Shown here piece by piece: positions 10,540-20,022 of a stretch of DNA of 25,783 bases; within the stretch, counting starts at the first letter, position 1; every line of letters starts with the position of its first letter. The notes beneath the pieces were generated by a model. It saw only the letters and a program-made list of their open reading frames with translations, was not told where the DNA came from and did no database searches. The DNA is from Fonticula alba ATCC 38817 (Eukaryota > Protista > Nucleariida), in NCBI GenBank assembly GCA_000388065.2, contig KB932210.1, one strand, 5' to 3'. The translations under genes and the position numbers were made by a program.

Positions 10540-13500
10540 CTGGGTGGGCGCCGGGGCGCCGAGGGGGAGCAATGCCGCGGGGAAAGGGGGCGGGAGCGGC
10601 ACAGTCAGCGACGCACGCTCCGGCAAAATGTCCAAGCAGACGCACTGTCCCACGGGCAGGGTCGTCGCCCCACAAGCGCATGGCCCTACACGGAAACACA
10701 CACGGACACAGACATGAGCACAGGCTAACACGATCACCGACACAGGGCGCACTTATGGCCGCAGGAAATGCACGCACCCTTCCAGGGCAGCTGCCGCGAC
10801 AGGCACTCCCACAGCATGATGCCCGCGCTGAAGATGTCCGCCGGCAGGAGGAGAGCCCGGTCAAGGGGCCGGCGCCGGGTCATGGCGTCGAAGATTTCGG
10901 GCGCCGCGTACCGCGCCGTCAGGGCGTTCAGCTCCGGCACCCCGGCCACCAGGGCCGACGACCGGTTGCTGAGGTTGCGGCTGGCCCCGAGGTCGCCGAT
11001 GGCCGCCCGCCAGGCCGGCCCGGCCTGGCTGACAAACACATTGCCCGGCTTCAGGTCGCAGTGGGCCACGCCATTGGTGTGCATGGCCTCCAGCCCGGCG
11101 ATCCACTGGTGGCAGAGGTCCACCAGCGCCGGCAGGTCCAGCGGCACCGCCGAGTGCAGCAGCGTGCCGAGGTCCGTCTGGAAGCGCTCCATGACGATGG
11201 CCGGCGGTTGCTCGCTGTAGCCGTACAGCCGGACCACGTTCGGGTGCTCGCGGAGCATCCTGCCGGGGCGGGTGGGCGGGCGGGCGGGCGTCGGGTTAGG
11301 GCGCTACAGCAAAAGAAGAAAAAAAACCCCGAGCGCGCGGGCCGGCACGGCGAGCCAGGGGCGAGAACAGCAAAGTGGCCCACGCCCACGCCCACGCCCG
11401 GGCCGGACGCACCACATGAGGGCAATCTCATTCTGGAAGAGGGTGGCCTGGGTGGCGGTCAGCCGGTCGGCCTTCAGCCGCTTGACCGCCACGACCGGCG
11501 GGCAGCCCAGGCGATCGGCGGTGCCGGCCCCGACGCACCGGGCCGCGAAGACCGCCGCCTGGGTCCCGGCCCCGAGGGTCTCCTCCGGCAGGGGGGCGAA
11601 GTGGTCCAGCCCGAGGTGGATGTGCCCGGGCAGCGAGAGCTCCATGATGGTATTCAGCACGGTGGCACTGGCGTCGGCGTCCAGGTCGGCCGCCTGCCGG
11701 GTTTTTTTTTTTTTTTTTTCGGGTCCGGCCCCGAAGCAGGCAGGGGCCCGACAGGGGACCGGCACGCGCGCATGGCCATGCAGGGGGATGCGCCGGCACG
11801 GGCCGGCATTCATCGGCATGGCGGGGGGCACACGGACAGGCATGTGCCCATGGACACGGAAAAATGCAAAGCCATACATGTACACGAAAAGACACAAGCA
11901 CGCACATGCACACACATGTGCACGGCACCAGGGCCAGTGACAGGGGAAGCGGCAGCAAAAGTTAGAGCCGGCCATGCCAGGCGCGCGCCAGGGGCAGAGC
12001 CACCGCCGCACCTTGTTGGTCCGGGCCGCACGCCGGCCAGGGCGCCAGACCAGGAAAAAGACCACGAGACCCAGCACCAGGAGGAACAGCAGGCCCAAGC
12101 CCACGCCCAGGCCGAGGGCCACTGCAGGGGGGGGGGCAGGGGGAGGTGACAAGCAGACGCACATGGGCGCACGGCACACGAAGGTTAGTCGGACCTGGGG
12201 GCAACACGGGCAGCCGGGCACTGCCCGCCGGCCCGGGGCCGGGTCGGGCCAAAGAGCACCCGCGAAGAGCACGTACACACGCCATGGCGAGCCCCCGGCA
12301 CATGGCCGCCGTGGCTGTCGCCGCCGCCGCCGCTGCTGCTGTCGCTGCCGGGCCCCGGGCCGGGGCAGAGCCCGGTCGGGCCGCACCCGGCCACGCAGGC
12401 CGCCGGGCAGGGCAGGCACACCGGCACCCCGGCCAGACCCCGGCCGGGGTGGTGCCCGGCCGGGCAGGCGTCCACGCAGGCCGTCTCCCCCGGGGCCCGG
12501 GTCAGCAGCCGGAGCCCGGGCCGGCAGCGGTTGCACTCGGTGGCCGGGTCGCACAGGAGGGCCGCCGTGTGGGCGTCCACCCGGCAGGCGGGCAGGCGCG
12601 TCGGCGCGTCGCACACGTCGCACCCGGCCGGGCAGTGGAGGCACGCGCCGACCATGCCCATGCCCGGGACCAGCCCCAGCGCATGCTGGTACGGGGTGCC
12701 ATCCTGCGGGCAGAAGGCCCCGCACGACCGGCCCCCATCGTAGTCCATCAGCATGTACGACAGGGCGCACAGCTTGCAGGCCCCCGGGGTGTCGATGCAG
12801 CCGCGGCACTGCCCGGCGCAGGGCAGGCAGACATTCCCCCGGCCCGGGGCCGGGGCCGTCATGTCCGGCGGGCAGGCCGCCTCGCAGGTGGCCCCATGCT
12901 CGGCCGACGTGAGGAAGAGCCCGGCCCGGCAGGCCAGGCACCGGGGCTGGCAGGCGGCCCCGGCGGCGGGCAGGCGCTCGCACGCCAGGCACCCCGGGCC
13001 GCAGGGCGCGCACGCCCGCGTCCCGAAGCAAGCGAACGTCCCCCCGGGGCAGGCCTCCACGCATGTGACCTGGTGGAGCCAGCTGCCGGCCGGGCAGGAC
13101 CCGCACTGGCCGGCCGACGGCCCGGTGCAGATGGTGCAGCTGCTGGCGCAGGGCTCGCAGGTGGCCGGGCCGTCGGCCGCCGGCCCCGGGGCCGGGTAGA
13201 ACCCCTCCGGGCAGGCCAGCAGGCAGGCCCCGGCGAAGGGCACCCGCCCGGCCGGGCAGCCGGTGCACTGGTCCGCCCCGGGCCCGGAGCAGGTGCCGCA
13301 TGTCCCGGCGCACCGGGCGCACTGGTCCCCGGGCGGCCGGTCGGCCGCCAGCAGGTGCATCCCGGCCGGGCAGGCGGCCCAGCAAGAGGACCCCACCTGC
13401 AGCGGGGCATGGGCCCGGCAGGTGGCGCACTGGTCCGGCCCCGGGCCGAAGCATGTCCGGCAGGACCCATGGCACGCGGCGCACAGGCCCCCGAAGTTGG

Positions 13501-16500
13501 TGGTTCCCTCCGGGCAGTCGGCCACACAGCCGCCGGCGTGCAGGAGCCAGCCGCGCTGGCACCGGGTGCAGGCCCCGGAGTCCGGGGCCCCGCACGCGGC
13601 GCACTGCTCCGGGCAGGGGACGCACCCGGCCGGGGTGGCCCGCCAGCCGGCCGGGCAGGAGTCCAAGCACCGGCCGGTGGCCTGGCCGGCCACGGCCGGC
13701 AGCAGCCCGGCCGCGCAGCCCCGGCACTCGGTGCTCCGGGACCCGACGCACCCCTGGCAGGAGCCATGGCAGGCGATGCACCGGCCCTCGACGCTGGCGA
13801 AGCCCGGGTCGCAGGCCGCCACGCAGGCGGCCCCCTGCAGCACGAGCCCGGCATCGGCGCAGCGCCAGCAGTCCCCCATGGCCGGGCCGGTGCAGGTCAG
13901 GCACCCGGCGGCGCACGGCCCGCACGGGTCCTCCAGCCGCAGGCGATACTCCCCGGGCGGGCAGCCGGAGTAGCAGCCATGGCCGCCGGCCTCCGGCGGA
14001 CCGGGCTCGGCCCCGGGCACCGGCAGCAGCTCCCACCCCGGGGGGCAGGCCGTGCACCGGTCGGCGCCGGGGCCGCCGGCGCACGCGGCGCAACTCCCGG
14101 CACACGGGGCGCACGCCTGGGCCGCCGTCGTATCCGGCCACGTCCCCGCCGGGCAGGTGGCCACACATGCCCCGGCATCGGTGAGCAGCAGGCCGCCGGT
14201 GCAGCCGACGCACCGGCCATCCGTCAGGCACTGGTCGCAGCCGGCCGGGCAGGGGACGCACGAGCCGACGGCGGCCGGCCCGGCCGGGCCCCACCGGTGC
14301 CCGGCCGCGCACGCCTCGCACCGGTCCGGCCCGGCCCCGGCGCACAGCTGGCAGGCTGCATGGCAGTCGACGCACTGGCCGGCCTGCTCGTACTGGCCCC
14401 CGGGGCAGAGGGCCGTGCAGAGGCCGGCCTGGCCCGACTCGGCCGCCAGGAAGCTCAGCCCCGGCCGGCACTCGGTGCAGGCATCGGCCCCGGCGCACGC
14501 GGCGCACGACCCGTCGCAGGGGTGGCACCCGCCGTCCGGGCCCGGGCCCGGGAAGTGCCGGTCCAGGCACCGGTCGCACTGGCCCCCGGGCCCGGAGCAC
14601 TGGGCACAGTTGGCCGGGCAGTCGCGGCACGCCCCGGCCAGGCCGTCGGGCCAGGTCCCGGCCGGGCACGCCCCGACGCAGGCCCCCCGGTGGAGGAGCC
14701 CGGCCGCCGGCCCGGCCCGCGGGCACGCCGTGCAGGCCAGCGGGTCGCCGGGCTGCGCGCACTCGGCGCACGACCCGGCGCACGGCTGGCAGGCCCCGGG
14801 ATGGAGCCCGGCATTGACCGGCAGCGCGTGCCCCGCCGCGCAGGCCGTGCACCGGTACGGCCCGAAGGGCTCCGACGCCTGCGCCGGCTCGCACGTCCGG
14901 CAGGTGCCCAGGCAGCGGCACTCGCCGGTGCTGTCGGGCCCGGAGGGGGCCAGCCCGGCCGGGCACTCGCCGGCGCAGGCGGTCGCCCGGCCCGGCAGGT
15001 GCAGCCGGCAGCCGGTGCACCCGCCCGGCCCGGCCGCCGCGCACTCCCGGCAAAGGCCATCGCACGGGGCACACAGCGGCCCGTAGGTGGCCGGCCGGAA
15101 GCCCACCTGCCCCGGGCTGCCGGTGGAGGTGCTGGCACAGGCCCGCGCCTCCAGCACCACGGTCACCGGGGCCCCGGCCCCGGGGAGGGCCACGCGCAGG
15201 GCCGCGGCCCCGGGCCCGGCCGCCGCCGACGGGGCCGCGAAGACCGCCGACCAGCCGGCCCCGGCCCCGGGCAGCTGCCCGAAGAGCGCCGGCTGCAGCC
15301 AGCAGCCCCCGGTCCCCGGGCAGAAGACCACCGACACCCCGACCAGCGGCCCGGCCAGCAGCACCACCGCCGCCGGGCGCATGGCCAGCCCCGGGCCCAG
15401 GGCCACCGCGTGGAAGGCCACCTCGGCCGCCGGCACGGCCAGCCCCGGCGGCAGGCCGCCCAGGACCTGCCCCACCCCGGGCAGGGCGCTGGTCCGCCGG
15501 TGCGGCCCCGGGCCCTGGGGCAGGTGCTCCGCCTCCCAGACCAGCCCGCCGGCCGGCCGGCCCGGGCCGGACCCCGGTCAGGACCAGCCCCGGCCCGGGG
15601 GTGCCCGGCAGGAGGAGCACCGTGCCGGCCGGGCCGCCGCCGGCCGCCCCGGGCCGCCGCATGAACACCCCCGGCCCCGGCCCCGGCCCCGGCCCGGCCA
15701 CGCGCGCATCCCCCGACAGGTGCATTGCCAGCGGCGTGAGGACGGCCGCCGGCCGGGCCGGGCCCTGCCACAGGAGCCAGCCCCCGGCAGCACGCCGGGC
15801 CCGGCCCCGGCCCCATGCACCCGGGCCCCGGCCACCTGCCCGTCCGCCAGCAGGTGATACAGCACCAGGCCGTCGGGCCCGGCGGCGGCCACGGCCCGCG
15901 GGGACACCGGCCGCAGCCGGTCGCACGGCCCGGACCCGGGGCCCCGGGCCGCCGGGCCGGCCACCCGGGCCGGGCAGGCCGCCCCCGCCCCGGCCCCCGG
16001 CGCCTCGGTGCACTCCACGCGCGCATGCCACACCCCGGCCGCCGAGGCACATGCAAAAAGGTGCCCCTGGCCCGGGCGGCCGAAGGGCGGCAGGGCGGCC
16101 ACGGCCCGCACCGGCCCGGCCCCGGCAAAGAGCTCGGCCCCGGCCCCGGGCAGCGGCCCGCGAAGCAGCGGCCCGGCCCCGGGGCCGCCCGGCCGCAGCC
16201 ACACCACCGGCGACCCGTCGGCCGGGAAGCCGAGCAGGTTCTCCGCCAGCCGGTCGGCCGGCGTGTCGGCCGGCAGCAGCCCCAGCCCGCCGGCCGGGCC
16301 GGCCGCCAGCCAGGACTCGGCCACGCAGGCCAGCCCGCCGGCCCCGGGGTCCTGCAGGGCGCTCGGCACCGACAGCTCCGTGGCCGCGTGCTCCCAGGCC
16401 GGCATGCACCGCTGGCCCACCCCGGCGACCGCCGTGTGGTCCGGCAGGCAGGCCTCCACGCAGGCCACCACCCCGGTCACCGGGTGGACTTGCAGCAGGC

Positions 16501-16578
16501 GCGGCTCCATGCACACGAGGCAGGCCCCGTCGGCCTGGCACACCCGGCACCCGGGCTCGGCGCAGGCGGCGCACGTGC
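10334..16578 (-). CDS. Gene B: receptor-like TKL-type kinase paralogue (non-RD, HCD). Exons 16578-12277, 12121-12012, 11693-11413, 11259-10778, 10539-10334; 5' end lost in gap
   Basis: Introns are GT..AG and phase-consistent. FU repeats colinear with gene A; TM LALGLGVGLGLLFLLVLGLVVFFLVW; kinase motifs GAGTQA, VAVK, HCDLKPGN, DLG, ARYAAPE. Two compensating frameshifts near 15785 and 15575. Confidence 0.85.
10778..11259 (-). CDS. Gene B kinase exon (subdomains IV-X)
   Basis: ORF 10734..11258; GGCAG acceptor, G|GTGCGT donor at 10777. Confidence 0.9.
11413..11693 (-). CDS. Gene B juxtamembrane and kinase N-lobe exon
   Basis: AADLDADASATVLNTIMELSLPG...VAVKRLK...QNEIALMW; phase-2 donor TG|GTGCGT at 11412. 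Confidence 0.9.
12012..12121 (-). CDS. Gene B transmembrane exon
   Basis: GACTAAC branch point (about 12184-12190), CTGCAG acceptor, AAG|GTGCGG donor. Confidence 0.85.
12277..16578 (-). CDS. Gene B ectodomain exon (FU pair, beta-rich domain, furin-like repeat array)
   Basis: ORFs 15578..18019 and 12185..15475 share one frame. About 200 nt between them reads best in the adjacent frame. GTACGT donor at 12276. Confidence 0.75.
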
Positions 16579-16702
16579 CTGCCAGGGCCCGGGCGCGGCG
16601 GCAGCAGTGGCGGAGGCGGTGGCCGGGGCAGCAGCAGCAACAGGAGGTAGCAGAGACAACAACAGCGGCGACAACAGCGGCGACAACAGCAGCGACAACA
16701 GC

Positions 16703-16712
16703 NNNNNNNNNN
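16703..16712. other. Assembly gap (10 N) joining gene B 5' region to the middle of + strand gene D
   Basis: N run; the two flanks belong to different genes on opposite strands. Confidence 0.95.
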
Positions 16713-18282
16713 CGGCCCCACGGACAAGGACTGCTGGCGGTGTGCCTCCGGCGTCCTGCAGGGCGGCGACTGCGTGCAGGCCTGCGCCGCCAGGCATGTG
16801 GCCGTGGCCGACCGGTGCCTGCCGTGCCATGTCTCCTGCGCCGAGTGCGCCGGGGTCCGATCGACCGAGTGCACCGCCTGCCCCGGGGGGCTGCTGCCGC
16901 TGCCGGCCGGGCAGCCGCCCATGTGCTGTGTGCCGGCCTGCCCAGTGGGCTACCACACCTCGGCGGCCGGGTGCGCCCCCTGCGGAGCACACTGCGCCGG
17001 CTGCCCGGAGCAGGCGGGCACCTGCGCCCTGTGCGAGCGGGGCTGGCTGCTGGACGCACCAAGCTGCGTGACCGGCTGCCCGCCCTCCTCGGTAGCCCAG
17101 GGCGGGCTGTGCGCCAACTGCCACGCCTCGTGCGCCACATGCTTCGGCCCGGCGCCCGGGGCACTGCCTCACCTGCAGCCCGGCGTCCCCGCTGCTGGTG
17201 GGTGGCACCTGCGCCCGGCGCGTCGGGCCCGACCTCAACCAGTGCACTGCCTGCCCCGATGGCAGGGTCCTGTCGGGTGGGGTCTGCCTGGGCGGCTGCC
17301 CGGCCGGGCTGTTTGCCCAGGAGGGCATCTGCCAGGCCTGCCACGGCTCCTGCCAGACGTGTGACCGGGCGGACGCCTGCACCGGCTGCCCGGCGGAGAC
17401 CCTGGCCCAGCCGGGCGGGCTGCGTCCCGGGACCTGCCCGGCCGGGTGGGCAGGCTGCGCCGCCGCCGGCCGCTGCGTCGCCTGCCCGGAGCACTGCGCC
17501 GCATGCGCGGCCGGCGGCGACTGCGCGCCCGTATGTACCGTCTGCGCGTACGGCCACCTCCTGTGGGAGGGGGCCTGCCACCTTTCCTGTCCCGCCGGGC
17601 GGCTCGCCGACCCGGCGAGCGGGGCCTGCATGCCCTGCGAGGCCGACTGCCGGACCTGCTCCGGGCGCGGGGACACATGCACATCCTGCCACTCCGGGGT
17701 GCTGCCCATTGAGGAGTCCACCTGCGCGGCCTCGTGCTCGGGGGGGGGGGGGGGGGCTTCCCCCCGGCCGGGGGGTACTGCCCTGCCTGCCCGGCCGACT
17801 GCGGCCAGTGCGAGGCCCCCGCTCCTCCCCCCCCCCCCCAGGAGAGCGAGGGGGGGCATGGCTGCACGCTCGGCCCCGACGGGCGGCTGTCCTGCCCGAG
17901 GGTGGCCTCCTGCACCCGGTGCAAGGGCGGGCTCCTCCTGCTGGGCGGGGCGGCCTGCGTGCGCGCCCGTCCGGCGGGCGCCTTCGCGGAGCACGATGCC
18001 CCCCCCCCCCGCAACCCAACTAACACACGCCAAGCATCTCTCGCCCCCCGCCCCCTCGGCCGTGGCAGGGGCCCGAGCATGGAGGACCTCCTTCGGGCGG
18101 TGGAGGCCGGCCGACGGCCATCTCTGGCGGCGCCGCCCCCCGGGCCCGGGCCCCAGCTGCTGGCGGGCCTCTCCTGTCGGTGACCTGGGCGGCCGACCCG
18201 GCCAGCCGGCCCTCGGCCGTTGTCTTCCGGCAAAAGTGCGCCTCGGCCGTGGCGCGCCGCTGCACGGCCACGCCCCCCCTGA
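16713..18282 (+). pseudogene. Gene D: degenerate paralogue; FU repeats fused to the last intron remnant and last kinase exon, TM and main kinase exons absent
   Basis: 16714-17160 is highly similar to gene A 6851-7290. Frameshifts near 17158, 17740-17756, 18069 and 18170; Cys-to-Arg changes at 17423 and 17968; in-frame deletion near 17215. CTAAC (18020) and CAG (18066-18068) precede an exon reading SMEDLLRAVEAGRRP...LSVTWAADPASRPSAVVFRQKC. Confidence 0.75.
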
Positions 18283-18562
18283 CGTTGTTTTTACAAATAC
18301 ATCCCCCCCCCGCCCGCCGGGGTGTGGGTTGGGCCTTTCTCCCCTCCCTGCCCGGGGCGCCTTCTTCCGGGGTGGCTCTCTCTGTTTGTTGCCGCGCGGT
18401 CCCTCTCCACCGGGGTGGGGGGCATCCAGACACCCCCGGAGGTCGCTGCGCGGGGATGCACGCACCCCCGCGGGCGGATGCGCACCGCAGCCTGGTCCTT
18501 TTCCAGGTGCACAGACACGGACGCAGAGCTACCCGCGGTCCCCCCCGGGCAAAAGAAAGCGC

Positions 18563-18636
18563 TGTCCGAACCAGGACTCGAACCTGGGACATTCTGTGTG
18601 TTAGACAGATATGATAACCATCTACATCATTCGGAC
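18563..18636 (-). tRNA. trnV(AAC): tRNA-Val (anticodon AAC), copy 2
   Basis: 74/74 nt identical to 343-416. Confidence 0.95.
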
Positions 18637-19533
18637 TGGGGGCTTGCGCTGCTTGGGCATTTTTCATTGGCCGGCTTTTCCCGGCGACCGCGCCGTCCGT
18701 TGGCTTCCCCCCCAGCGCGCCCTGGTCTTTTGGAACCCCGGGACACCACGCGCACTGACATGAGGGGGAATAATAAAAAAATATCCAAGCATATGGAACA
18801 TAAAAAATGCACATTATTCGAGCCGCCGCCATTGCCGCTGCCGGTCGCCGTCCCGGAGGGCGCCGACACCCTCGAACGGCGTGTCCCGGCGTCGGTGCGG
18901 ACAGCCGCACATGGCCTTTCCCTTGCGTGGCCATTGTCCGGTCCCCGGCCCCGGAGGTCGACCAAACGGCCGCCAGCCACACCCGCGGCCGGTTAAGCCC
19001 GGCCCCCCCGCGTGACCGGCGCCGAGGCAGTTAATGCGGGCCTCCTCCCGCGCGTGATTGCCCGCCGTTGGTCGTCCGTTTGTTTTCTTTTTGCCTCCCC
19101 TGCCCGCCGAGGCCGCGCCCCTTTTCCCGGAGGCAGCGTGTGCGCCCCATGGTCGGGGCATGCACGCGCCTGCGTCCACCCGCGTCCGGATTTCTTTCAC
19201 GGGGGGGATTTTTCCCGCGGCCGGCATGGCCTGGGCCCGGGCGCGACTGGGCCGGCACGCGATTTGGTCCGGCCCCGACGTGCGCGCGCGCCCTCGGGCC
19301 CTGTTGTTTCCTGGTCCTGTAGTGTCAAGGCCCGAAGCCAAGCAGGGGGCCAAGGGGCCTGCGATACCGAACGACACCTCATCAAACACGGGCAGGGTGC
19401 GCCTGTGGCGGAACACCAACCGGGCACATGGGGCTCGGGGCACGCATGCCGCAAAGCACACATCGGGGGCCCGGGCACGCGCCGGCTGGGTGCCCGCTTG
19501 CTGACGCGTCCTGCGGGGCCCTGCCGTGCCCTT

Positions 19534-19564
<31 letters not shown>

Positions 19565-19924
19565 AGTCCCGGGCCAGCACGACCAGGGCCCGACCGGCCG
19601 GCGACCCCGGGGCCGGGGCATGCGCAACATCCGCCGGCGAGTCCGCCGGCCACCGCGCCCCGCACGCGCCCCTGCAAGATGACACAGCCAACCGGCCTTG
19701 CCAATCCCCGCCGGCCCGGGGTTTAGTCTTGCGCGCGCACGAACGCGGCGGCCGGCGCATGAATGAGCCGGAATTTCACGCCTTTTCGGCCGGGGCCCCT
19801 TGGCGGATGGCCGCCACGCGTCGCGGCCAGACACGGCCCCCTCCTGCTCCTCCTCCTTCCCCTCGCCGCTCGCCTCTCCGCCACGCCGTCTGCCGCCGCA
19901 TCCCCTGCGATCTGCGCCACACTC

Positions 19925-19926
<2 letters not shown>

Positions 19927-19999
<73 letters not shown>
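19927..19999. repeat. Poly-C tract (73 nt) ending 23 nt before gene C start
   Basis: Direct read. Length may be unreliable. Confidence 0.8.
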
Positions 20000-20001
<2 letters not shown>

Positions 20002-20022
20002 CGCCTGACTCGACCATCCCCC

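Noticed and set aside
15668-15697. (GGGGCC)n hexamer repeat on the gene B coding strand
   Set aside because: Only 3-4 units encoding a GPGPGP linker; unremarkable in such GC-rich coding DNA.
19534-19564. (GCC)n tract
   Set aside because: Ordinary trinucleotide microsatellite in an intergenic spacer.
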